Assembly: GCA_001662655.1 (NCBI GenBank)
Contig: KV460207.1
Reading direction: 5' to 3' (one strand)
Source of the DNA: Pseudogymnoascus verrucosus
Taxonomy: Eukaryota
Length of the DNA: 64,000 nucleotides
The translations under genes and the position numbers were made by a program. Below, in pieces: positions 13,288 through 24,619 of this stretch (position 1 is the stretch's first letter; the number at the start of each line of letters is the position of its first letter). Below the pieces are notes generated by a model. The model saw only the letters and a list, made by a program, of their open reading frames with translations, was not told where the DNA came from and searched no databases.

Positions 13288-14082
13288 TTACTGCTTCTTC
13301 TTCTCCACCTTCGTTGCCTGCGACTTGTACGTCCCGTGGAAGCGGTCCAACCACCCCACCGTTCCGAAGTTGACCAAAAACTTCTCGTGGTGCAGATCAT
13401 GCATCGAAGCCATATTTCCACCAAAGTCGTAACCGCTGTGCACCGTCACCGTCTCGAGAAGCACATACGCGATGAACAGCCACGCCGTGATGATATGCGC
13501 GTTGATTAGCTGCGGCGGCAGCGACACGGGCAGCATGTTAGACACAAGGTGCTCAAAAGGGTGAGCAAATTCGGCAGCCATTGCGACTGGCGCAACGAAG
13601 CGGTGGTGGAACTTGTGGATCGGCACGTAGAAGCGCGGCTGGTGCAGCAGACGGTGGGAGTAGTAAAACATGACCTCGCGAATGGCAATGCAGACGACGA
13701 GATCGCGGATGATTTCAATGACCCCTGGCAGCGAGGTGTCGATGCGATAGGACGAAGTCTCTCCGAGGTAGGAGACTCCGAAGAGCAGAGCGACGTGCAG
13801 GACTGTGGACATGACCTGGTTGCGCACGACGATATAGAAGCAGTACCATAGCTCTGGCGGGGTGGCCTTGGGGGCGGGTTGGATCTTATGACGGTGCGAG
13901 AAGGCGGGAAAGAAGAGATCGATGGATTGGTAGAAGGCGCAGGGGATCCAGAAAAAGGCGAGCTGGACGATGAGCGTGCCGCATATCTCGAGGAACTGCG
14001 GGGAGTAGGCTTCCACGGTGGCTTGCCACGCTGGCTGGATGTTGCTGGTGGGAAATTTAGGCATTGTCGTTGAATTCGACAT
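13288..14082 (-). CDS. Fatty acid hydroxylase/sterol desaturase family protein (ERG25-like)
   Basis: His boxes HRLLH, HKFHH, HSGY, HDLHH; hydrophobic segments; intronless 264 aa. Confidence 0.9.
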   Translation of the reverse strand: MSNSTTMPKFPTSNIQPAWQATVEAYSPQFLEICGTLIVQLAFFWIPCAFYQSIDLFFPAFSHRHKIQPAPKATPPELWYCFYIVVRNQVMSTVLHVALLFGVSYLGETSSYRIDTSLPGVIEIIRDLVVCIAIREVMFYYSHRLLHQPRFYVPIHKFHHRFVAPVAMAAEFAHPFEHLVSNMLPVSLPPQLINAHIITAWLFIAYVLLETVTVHSGYDFGGNMASMHDLHHEKFLVNFGTVGWLDRFHGTYKSQATKVEKKKQ

Positions 14083-15312
14083 GTTGGCCGGTAGTCGAGT
14101 TGAATGGTATCAAATACGTAGGAGCAATGAGCTTCAAAACGTAGGGTTACCTATTGCCGCCTTCCTCGTCCTGATATACCGTGATCGGAGCAATAAGTGA
14201 AATGGGGCTTTGGAGATACCCCAAGAAACTTAAATACTTAAGCTCCCCTTCCCCCGCGCTGCCGACCAACTGAACGCCGAAATCATTAGTGGCAATACCC
14301 CACCATCGGCGTCCCTTTCTTCATCTTCACATGCATTTCCGATCCATCACAAGCGAAAGCGAGTAACGCTACTTTCTAGCGCCACGCCACGCCGCCCCGG
14401 ATCCCAACAAAATGGGGAACGGGAGGAGACTTGGAGTATGAAGCTCGCTTGCAATTCTGATACATACTCGCCAGTTATTACTTTGTATTGTGTGCGCTTA
14501 GCTGAATGATTTTTTATGCCGAAGGCGTGAGACTGTGAATGGCTGTGACATTTCAACCGCGGGATCTGCTGCAGGGGTGTCAGCAGAGTATTAGCTAGAG
14601 TCCAAGACTTACAGGAAGTTCACACCGTGCGCAAGGCGCATGAGCATCAGAAACCCCGCACGCATCTCCAAAATCCCTAACAGAATAACAAATACAGCCC
14701 TAGTCGTTGTCCTGACACTGGGGTATGGCGATGCTGGCGCGCGGTTGGTTCGTTCGCTCTTGGATCTCCGATTTCCCCAAGTCCACATGCTGGTTCTAGG
14801 GCCCAAACAGAGATTGTCGTCACGAAATACCCCACAACCGAGGCATCGCAGTTAGTTTATTATCTAGTAGCTAGAATAGAGTGTATTGCTTCGGATCTTG
14901 GCATCAGCCTTGTCAAACAGGGGAGGTGAAGGTTCGTCTCCATCGTTGTCTCCCCTGAAGGTTGCCCCAAAAGCCGGTCGGTATTTCTTCAAATCATGTG
15001 ACTTCGCCGAGATGCAGGCGACGAACTCTGGTTGCCAACAAAGTAAAACCGACCAATGCTAGTTTACCAAGCTAGAGTTCCGGTATTATTATATCGAGTC
15101 TCTGTTATAATTTCTAGTGTAATCTAACTATGAACTAACCGTAAACTATGCTAATTGACCATTCATTCGTAACAATAGTGTCATGTCCTCCTCATCATAT
15201 AACTCCAGCACCCCCGATCTCTCTATGGTATACGACCCCGCCATTTCGCTAATAACATGATTCTTCTCGTCGTTAACTCTCTATAAAATCAAATCTCGCC
15301 CACTCACTGCTA

Positions 15313-17263
15313 TTAAAACACCAACGGGCTCCTCTTCTTCTTCGCAAGCTCCCAGACAGCTTCCGTCAATTTAGACTGTGCCAACCCTCCCATCGCGTCC
15401 GCACCTGGGAGTGGCTGGAAAGGGACAGTGTCTGGCTTGCAGATAGTCCCATTAACCGGTACGGCGCCTGTTTGGAAGTATTCCCTAATATGATTGGCAA
15501 TGCACGTCGAGGGCGTCGAGAGAGTGGTATGCTGCGAGGGGTGTGAGCACACGTCCTTGTTCACAGTTTGAGGGCATACTTACCCCGAATGAATCAGAAA
15601 CCAATACCGACGCATTTGTAAAGCCCTCTGCATCAAGGTAGGCGCTGCGAAGGGGTGTTGTATTATCGGCTATGTTGCCAATGAAGAGGATGGGATGACT
15701 GGTGTTCCCCTGGAAAGGGCCTGCGCAACTATGTCAGAGACCTATTTTGTACGTATCTTTGAATCTCGTACCAGCAAACCTCCATTTCGCTCGAACTCTC
15801 CAGCCAACGCAACTCATTCTCGTCACGACGTCGACGGGACCTGCTGCTTTGCTAATGTCCAGCAGTATTTTACTATAGGCTTCTACGGCTTCTATTGAAT
15901 CGTCTGTCTCGCCGCCATCCGCACACAGGACAGCTCCGAATGCATCAGGCGTGCTCTCTTTGAACACTGGGCTGACTATTGGGCTGCTCAGTGGGCAGTC
16001 ACAAGATAGCGGTTTCTGCGATGAGCTGTAATAATTAATGAACTCGGCGCCGTCGCCCTTGTCAAGGGACTCAAGGATGCGAGCCAGAGTCGGGAACATT
16101 AAGACAGGCTGGTATAATGAAGCAGATATGAGCTGTCTCACACTGGAGTAGTAGATTACTTCTGGCAGGTCCGCTATATGAAGCGTCAGAGGTGCAACAA
16201 TAGGCTGGCGTTTGAGGCGTTCTAGAAGTTCGTCTAGGCGATCTTCGATAGCTTCAGGTGTTGACCTATAAAAGGCGCATCCGCTTGGTCCGGCCAAATG
16301 GCAATATTTGTAAAAGCCAGCCATCACCTTGTCCGAGTCCCTGGAAAATGTCGTGCTGTTATTAGCCATCCACTCCTGATAGTTGACATTCCCATCATTC
16401 ACCATCCGTTCCACCTTGTCAGGCCACAGGGCGGCAAACATCCCACCGAGCATCGTGCCGTAGCTGAAGCCCCAGTACTTCAGCTTCTCCTCTCCCATTT
16501 GCGTCAGGATCTCCAGCATGTCTCTCGCAACAGATGTGGTGCCGACGTAGCTCAAGACCCCATGCTCTGCACCTGTTGGGTCAAGAGTCCCACCCATACT
16601 ACGCGCACAAGCGCCCGAACGCGCCGTAGCCCTCGCATAGGCATCATAGAGCACTCCAGGATGCGCGTCTACAGCACCAATGTCCAAGAGCTGCCACATC
16701 TTCGCGCTTTGCTCAGTCGGCCAGCACTGGATCTCTGGGGTTGAGACCCCGACTCCGCGCGGATCGAAGCTGATGAGATCGTGGTTCGTCCCGATAATCT
16801 CTTGGAGATGCTTTCCTCGATCCCTCATGGCGGCGACCCCAGAGCCGCCAGGTCCTCCGGGGTTGAAAAACACGGGGCCGCGGTAGTCATTGAGGCCTGT
16901 TGCTCTCAGGCGGATGACTGCTATAATAGCCCGAGTGCTTTCTGACGGGTCAAGCCAGTCAAGTGGTACATCGAGTTTGGCACAGTCGAAGTCGCCGAAG
17001 CATTTACGCCACGTGATGTTTCTGGAAGGAGGAATATCGTCCCAGTTATCATCCAGCCCCGTGGCCGATGGAAGGATTCGGCAGCCATTCAAGCTGAATT
17101 TCAACTCGGGGGTTTGCCTCTGGCCCAGAAATGGTGAAAAGCGTGAAAATGTAAATACACTAACTGCTACCAGCAGCAGCGCCCCGATTCTGGCCGAAGT
17201 CCATGGAGGTGGTAACGTTAGTTTCGCCCTTTCAAGAGTTTTTACTTCAGTCGTGGCCCCCAT
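15313..17263 (-). CDS. TAP-like alpha/beta-hydrolase peptidase (S33-like) with N-terminal membrane anchor; about 3 exons
   Basis: CAKLDVPLDW, NPGGPGGSG, SFDPRGVG, nucleophile YWGFSYGT, downstream exon HPILFIGNIADNNTPL and terminal HTTLSTPSTC. Confidence 0.88.
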
Positions 17264-18469
17264 ATTCCCAGTTTTGCCGCCAGTCTTGAATAGTCGTAGT
17301 CGTCGCCTATCGCAAAGTATACCCGAGCCTTCAGACAGAGCTGTATACCTGAGCTTCACACGATGAACTCGCAGGCAGCCCAGGTCGGTACCTGCATTTG
17401 TAGCAAATCCATAGAGTAGTTCTGAGCATCATATTGAAATGGAAGGCGACGACGTTTTGTTGACCCTGTTTACGCTGTTAACTCGGTTCGGATTGGGAAG
17501 GTATGAAGGGAGATCGGGGTGTTGTTCGAGTGTGGGGGTTCTGGTCTTAGACTGCTATGCGATTAAGTATTGATAGGCGCTCAAGGAATAAAATAGGCAA
17601 ATAAGAAGCAAGCGATTAGAGATCACGAGTGGGTTGAGGACTCTAGTGTCCAGCTGAGTGCAAGCACGACCATTGTTGTGATACCGACGCAGTCAGCATC
17701 GGCGCGGAAAGTGCAGTGGGTCAGAATAAATATGTGCTGTGCTATACTGTACAGTGCACTATTCGAACAGTGTAAATATTCAGAGAATTCTGGGAAGACA
17801 AACGGGCAGAAAATCATAAACAGCAAACCTTAGCATCATCTGTCTTTGCACTTACAGTACGCAGTGTCCATGAACAATCGCTATGTCGAGTGAGGTGAGG
17901 TGCTGGACCCCAACCTTCTAACGGCTGCTCTCGAGCCCGAAACTTTATCGCCCAAGTCACAGCATCACGAGACACAACTAAACCTGCAGTGTAATGTTGC
18001 ACATTACCAGTCATACGTCTCATTCCCAAACCCGACATTTTCAAAGTTTGCTTCAAAAATTTGCTCACCGCACAATACCACTCCGAGTGTCTCTGTTTGC
18101 TTTGACTTTGTCTGTGATTGTGAATATTTTATGTGTTTTTAGGGTCCAACCCACGCATGTTTCACAAGGGTCCCTATACCAGAATCTCCCGGGTGGGGTC
18201 ACTGGATCCCGTGCGGAATCTCGCCGCCGGGTCCCGCCAGGGCCCTCCATCTTTGGCGCAAGCCCCCCGCTTTCATCCCCATTATCGGGATTTGGGGCGA
18301 GATGTAGTGTTCGGCGTGTCGTGTGCCTGGCCCATGAGACTAGATTTCCTTCATCTTTAATTTTTGGAACGGATGGATGTAATTATAGGGGATCGGGCAT
18401 GATACTTTTCCATCGCAATTCTAACTGCAAATTTAACTAGATTGGGGCCCAATGTGAAAGAACGAGCCA

Positions 18470-18770
18470 ACATGCCAAGGGAAGGAGCGGCCGGCTTTCA
18501 CATAGGAAGGAAGGAGCGACTAACTTGCCAAAGGAAGGAACAATCGGCTTGCCCTCCTAAGAAAAGAGTGGCCGACTATAGTTACCAAGGGAAGGAGCGA
18601 CAGCCTGATGCTAAAGGAAGGAACGACTGACTTTCCGAATGAAGGAACGACTGACCCGCAAAAGGGAGGAATGACTGGCATCGGCTTGCATTCCTTAGGA
18701 AAGGGCGACCGAGCATAGTTACCAAAGGAAGGAGCGACAGACTGATATATTAAAGGAAGGAACGATCGAG
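18470..18770. repeat. Degenerate purine-rich minisatellite (core AAGGAAGGA[G/A]CGAC) with a higher-order duplication of about 137 bp
   Basis: About 10 core copies; TCGGCTTGC...ATAGTTACCAA.GGAAGGAGCGACAG.CTGAT occurs twice (from about 18544 and 18681). Confidence 0.7.
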
Positions 18771-20691
18771 TTTCTTTGGAATCGGCAATTTTAGTTGGAG
18801 TATACTACAAATACTATACTCTGCGTTGTGGTTGGGCCTCGACCAAATCTTACTTACAGCCAATACTACGTCAACTCCTTGGAGCCAGTATTCACACTTA
18901 GCTGCTATTTGACGGCCACGCATAAAGGGCTCAGTATGTTAAATATCAAATTCATTCAATTCTATTGTAATCTTCTTTCGCAGATGCGACTGTAGCTTAC
19001 TCTATCAACAGGCCCATGGCCTTCCCATCAACATAAAAAATCTGGGGAGATTTTATCACCACAACGAGCCTCCCGATCTTCCGTTGCCGAAAATGGGCTC
19101 CCGCCGCATTTTCCTCCATCATTATATCCGGAGGCGCTCCTGATCGGGTAAGAATCGTCGTTGTGCAATGCTCGCATGTGCTCTTGGAAATTCTTTATGA
19201 TTATGCTACCACATATCGATAGATGCAGCTATCAGTCAGTGTTAGACGGTTGACTGAGGGGTTTACGGAGAAATTAACTGTAATCGTCGGATTCGACTAT
19301 TCGCTCCACGGACGGTATGAGCAGTCTGGTCGGACGATTACATCCCGATGCGAAAACTATCATTTTGACGATGCAGCGGTTTCAGACACACAAACGGAAA
19401 CGGACGCGTGCATGCAGCAACAGGAAATAAATACTGTGTATGGATATAGCAAGAGGACGAACCATACCCAATTAATGGAAAACTATCTATTGGCCTGCGG
19501 AATATCATATAGCCTGGTGGCTGAGCTGAAGCTTTCAGCTTCAAGCCAAGAAGCGGGGTAAGCTAGGCAAATAAAGTCTGGCCTGTCATCCAAAACATGG
19601 GTAGGACAGCTCGGCCTATTTGCAACTATCATCAGCGGCGCCCAGCGCCAAGGTCTTTCCCCACCAAGTTCCCCGCTTATCTCAGGCGTTTTGGCTGTGC
19701 TGTATGACAAGCTCATTCCCGTTTTTAGCGGGTAAACCCTAAACTTATTTGCGTATTTTTCGAGTCTGGGTCTGTACTGCCATTAACTGCAGCTTTACTA
19801 CTATTGAGTAGCTATTCTCCACATGAACCAACACCAGCGTTTAACAGACAGCTGTATTCAACGCTCCCGCCCCCACGCTCGTTCCATTCAGATCTTGCCG
19901 ATTGAGTAACGCCGCAATCACACCGTTTGGTCTGTATGGCACCGCGGGTGTAACCCAAACATTTGTCTTGGTATATACGGGAGGCTTTGCCATTTCTTGG
20001 CGCGGTATAGATCCGCCCACTGAAATAGCAATGAAATATCCGTCTGTACGAGATCGGGCTAATATTTAGGGTGATTATGTTTCGTCGGTCCAACATTTCT
20101 ATTGATTACGCAGGAGCAAAACTTAGGCTATACGAGGCAATGCGCAGGATACTGCCTCTTTAAGCATAATTTGAGATAGCATTAGCCAGTGAAGGGTGAG
20201 TCGGCCTAATGTCTCTAGTGATTACGCAGGAGCTGGTGTTCGGATCTGCAAGACATAACAGGGTAGGGTGAGAATACAATATTATACATGCGGCCGATAT
20301 TAGCTAACATCAAAAGTGGCATGCCACTGGCTGCCGTGATAAGGACTGTTGAGGCTCGCCAATGCTTTCTTCGTATTCTCATAGTGACATGTATATTGAG
20401 GTTGCCATCAGTCCATGGATTTACGTAATTTATAAAGCAAAGTGATAATTTCACATACCACCAGGTAGCTTAAGAGTAAGAAAGCAAGAGTTGAATGCGG
20501 GGTTTAGGAAATCGACGGGTTGTTGCAGCAGCCCCTCGAGGATTCGCTCCGTTGTCAATGGGCAGTAGAATATAAATATGAGGTTGGAATCATCTCCAGA
20601 GCTTTGATTCCGAGAATTTCAGACGACCAAGACAAGTTCAACGCCCAAAAACAAAGCACTTTCGAACCTGATATTATATCTTCCATTGACA

Positions 20692-21127
20692 ATGAAGCTC
20701 ATCAATCTCGCCTTTTTCATCCTTCCATTCTTCACCGCAGTATCTGCTGTTGCGGTTGCGGAACCTGGTAAGTCCACCTCTTAATAATCCACCTATAACC
20801 CATCTTGCTAATAAGCATCCAGCTGCCCCTGCCTTCGAATTCAAAGTCAAGAAAGATGCAGATGTTGCCAGCACTGTAGAAGTCCGCCGCGAATTCGCGG
20901 AGGAAGGCAATCTCCAAAAGCGAGCTTGCACAAACAACGGCTGCACTTGCGCCAAGGGCTCTGCACAGGGGCAGTACTGCGGATACTGTAATGCCGTCAC
21001 CGGCAAGGGGAGTGCTTCCTTGTGGGGTGAGAACTCATTTGAGTGTAACTCTTCGGGGGGCTGCTGCTTCTATGGGTACACTGCGCACTGTGCTGGCAGC
21101 AGTTGGTCTACTTGGTGCCCAAGATAG
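20692..21127 (+). CDS. Small secreted cysteine-rich prepropeptide; exons 20692-20767, 20823-21127
   Basis: Signal peptide MKLINLAFFILPFFTAVSA, intron GTAAGT..CTAAT..CAG, propeptide ending LQKR, 67-aa mature part with 10 Cys; TATAAA near 20571. Confidence 0.88.
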
Positions 21128-22417
21128 GCAGATAGGAAGTCGCTGAGCAAATATTGAGGGGGCAGCACTTATGTTTTCTCATGTCAAGCAAGCACGCTCA
21201 CAGATCTTGACCAAGGTTCTCATATTTTGTATTTAAGCTTGCAGTCTTATTGCAAGGGCCACTCTTTTAAACAAAACCATTCTGCGGAAGTCTCTATTTT
21301 CTACTAACATTTTGCATATGTGAGAGTTTCGTGGTTAGTTAAGGGCAAGTGTTATGGCTCTCGGCTTGTGATTCGCCCGAGCAGGGATCTCGGTGTGTTA
21401 TAATTCGACTATTCCTCGTTGATGCTTCATAAGCGTGGCGGTCTGGTACCCCCTACCCCGCAATACACAGTGCACACGTTTCGTGTCATATATACTCAGA
21501 ATTCCCAGGATAAAGATTGCTCTATTCGAACTACTAAGACGGCATGTTTACAGTTTCAACGTAGGTATTTGATTCAAAGCTCGATCTCTGTATTTTTGGT
21601 ACATTCGTAAGTTTGGCTTCCCCAAAGTTGTCTTTTTGTTGATTGGAATAAACCAAGGCCTGTTAGGTACCAGAGTTCATACCTTTATTACTGGGTAAAA
21701 TTTCCAGCTACAGTTCTCACAGTAATCAAGTCGGAAGTGTAGCACCTCAAGATAATAATGCCCCTTGTTTCGAGTATGAGAGTGGTTGCTTGACTGACCA
21801 TGTTGAGATGCCGGTGTAGTCAAAACTGAGAGGCGGTTTACTCAACAATAAAGACTTTCCTAAACTGTAAATAATAGATATAGTCTTCGGATTACAGATA
21901 CATGCAATCCCTAATTGGGTCGGTTATTACGCTTGCGGTTTCATTGTTGCCTTTATGCTCCAGTTGGCCGATAGATAGTCAAGAATAAGGTTTGATAGCA
22001 TCACGTATGAAACGCAATTCCATTGTCAGTTTCTTTCCTGAACGCCACATACATTCCAAACGCAAATAAATATAATAATATCCCTTGTTCTTTTGAACAG
22101 TCGGCGTTGTTTAGGCTTTAAGCCAATGAGAAACTTTCCATGGTCGAATGAATGAACTACCATTGTCGAAACCAACAAGGAGACAACATGTGAAAGAAAC
22201 CAATGGACACTGGACATTTCGCTCCCCTCTGAAACGGATACAATGGGTTTATGTTCTCTTTATTACAAAGTTGCATATATAGTCCTGAAAAATCGAGGAC
22301 TTCTCTCAGAATAACAAGCAACACCTCCACCACACAAGAGCCAAATCACCTAACGCAAAAGCAAGCCGGACTTGCAACTAACACAACGAGCAAAAGTACT
22401 TTTGTTCTATCCCGAGA

Positions 22418-23557
22418 ATGACGACTCCACTAACTTTCGGCGTAGAGCTGGAGTTCGCAGTCGCCAGCACCCATCTTAACAACAACGACCCCCATCCCGA
22501 CCACCCAGGCCGCATCCACTTTGCCCGGTCGGATCAGTGCCGTCTCACTCCAGACTCGGAACAGCGTGCCAGAGTCCATGAAGCCATTTATGTCGCTTTG
22601 CACTCTGCCGGTCTTCCGATGGGACCCCAGCCAATCTGCGATTACATGTCCTGGTTCGTAACCGATGATCTTACCATCGATCCTCCACACAGAAATGCGC
22701 CGTGCAACAGCCCAGTCTACCGCTGGCACTCCGCTGAAGTTATCTTGCCGGCACTGTACTTTCGTCCCGAGTCACTGACCCAAATCCGCGTAGCCTGCGC
22801 AACTATCTCCACTGAGTTCCGTGTGGCAGCCACAAGAACTACAGGATTACATGTCCACGTCGGAGATGGCGCCGATGGATTCAGTCACAGTACGGTCCGA
22901 AACCTCATAACTCTACTCTGGGGGTTTGAGCCACAGCTGCAGACGCTATTTCCTCCTCACCGCCACAGCCAAACTTGGTGTATGCCCTTGCGTGTCGACT
23001 CGATGTACGCATGGCGTCATCCTGACTGGACCATTGCCACCTTTCTTGAGGACATGTTCAGTTCTAAGTTTGGGACCGTTGGAGCGCTCGTGCGCGCATT
23101 TGAAGTGTTCGGTGGAGATCGGTGTGCTGTTGAATTCTCTAACCTAGATGACCCTATGGTCGCCATCAAGCAGACGATCGAGTTCAGGGCTCATCCTGGG
23201 ACGCTAGATGGGGACGATGTGATCATGTGGGTGAAAACTGTGGTAGGGCTTGTACAGTGGGCTCGAGAAGCTGATTCGAGCCAGCTTATGTCCCTAATGG
23301 CGTACGCTGAGGCAGGAAATGGTGAGTTTAGTATTACAAGCTTGCTGAAGATGCTGGGTTTACCTGAGCAGGTGGAGTTTTACAAGGGAAAATTGCATCC
23401 GCTTATAGTGGCGGCAGAGAATGCTGGGAGAGAATACGAGATTCAAGATCTCGCAAGGCCAAGAACGGACGTCTTGGAAGAGTTTGGAATTGGTGCAGAT
23501 GGGGTAGCGACAAGGGATAATTGGACGGAGGATCTGATTTTCGATCCATACTGCTGA
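22418..23557 (+). CDS. Putative amidoligase (Amidoligase_2 / COOH-NH2 ligase-like), intronless
   Basis: LTFGVELEF, TTGLHVHVG, LWGFEPQL, TIEFRAHPGTLD motifs typical of this family. Confidence 0.85.
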   Translation: MTTPLTFGVELEFAVASTHLNNNDPHPDHPGRIHFARSDQCRLTPDSEQRARVHEAIYVALHSAGLPMGPQPICDYMSWFVTDDLTIDPPHRNAPCNSPVYRWHSAEVILPALYFRPESLTQIRVACATISTEFRVAATRTTGLHVHVGDGADGFSHSTVRNLITLLWGFEPQLQTLFPPHRHSQTWCMPLRVDSMYAWRHPDWTIATFLEDMFSSKFGTVGALVRAFEVFGGDRCAVEFSNLDDPMVAIKQTIEFRAHPGTLDGDDVIMWVKTVVGLVQWAREADSSQLMSLMAYAEAGNGEFSITSLLKMLGLPEQVEFYKGKLHPLIVAAENAGREYEIQDLARPRTDVLEEFGIGADGVATRDNWTEDLIFDPYC

Positions 23558-23956
23558 GGCCTTGTGGCTTGCAGGAGGTAAGTGGGCAGGCTAGAGATAG
23601 AGATATGTCAGCAGGTAAGTGAACAGGTAAGTGGACAAATAAGTGAGCAGGTAAGCTATGTTACAATTTTTTTTTTTTTTATAGGAAGTCCATTTTTCAC
23701 TCCAAAGCCATTGCCTATAAAGTGATACACGTCAAGATACTCACATTATCACATTATAACAACTACTACTACGCAATTTTTGGATGTAGTTTGGCATAAA
23801 CAATGATCAAATGCTTTATGGACGCATATTTCAAGCTATTTTTTTCACGAGTATCCTGCTGTACGTAGTTATAACTTCCCACCTATCTCCGTATCTTCCC
23901 TAGAGGAGCGTTGTTGAAAGTATGTCCTCTATTTCCTTCCAGAATGCGCCATTTCA

Positions 23957-24619
23957 TTAAAGATCCGCTGTCAACCCAAACTGACGCGATATAGCAGCAT
24001 TACTTACGATTTCTTTGCAACAGGTCCAATGGCCTTCGCTAATTTGTTTAGGATACTATAAATAAGTTAGAAATGATTGCACTCTATCCTAGAAAGGGGG
24101 CAGTACATATTCCTTTGGGCACTCTATCTCTACAGGCGAGAAAACCCTCGAACAAAATTCATCAAATATAGAAGAAGCAGACGTGCCTGAAGTTGCGTCG
24201 CTAATTTGGATCTTGACTTCGATTTCTTCTCCGTTGGTGGTAGACGATATAGACGGGGAGGAGGTATCTTTGCAGCAAGTCCAGCAGCTGCCAAGCTTCT
24301 TGGGATGCTATGGATAAGTTAGAAACAATTACACTCTGCGCTAGAAAAGGAGCAGTACCCATTTATCTAGGCATTTAAAGATAGCTTCAGAAAAGCAAAG
24401 TTTCCAACATTCATCTTCAAATAGAGAAGAAGACGCGGCTGAAGTTGTGTCGCTAATTTGGATCTTGATATCAATTTCTTTGTTGGGGGTAGAAGGTATG
24501 GACGGGGGGGTTGAAGCATCATCTGCCGTTGTACCACTAATTTTGATCTGGTGGTATTGAGGGGCAGCAATGGTTATGGCTGCTAAGGCAGAGAGGACTG
24601 CGAATATTTTGATCTTCAT
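23957..24619 (-). CDS. Small secreted protein with two tandem Cys-rich WTCCK modules; exons 24619-24359, 24307-24107, 24055-23957 (3' end uncertain)
   Basis: Signal peptide MKIKIFAVLSALAAITIA; two homologous 51-nt phase-0 introns (GTACTG..CTAACTTAT..ATAG); spliced frame is open. Confidence 0.8.

Noticed and set aside
8959..17263. GH1, acetyltransferase, desaturase and peptidase as a biosynthetic cluster
   Set aside because: No backbone synthase, transporter or regulator; adjacency alone is insufficient.
18470..18770. CRISPR-like repeat/spacer appearance (also the arrays at 51-52.6 kb)
   Set aside because: Repeats are short and degenerate, spacers are related to each other, the context is eukaryotic and there are no cas genes.
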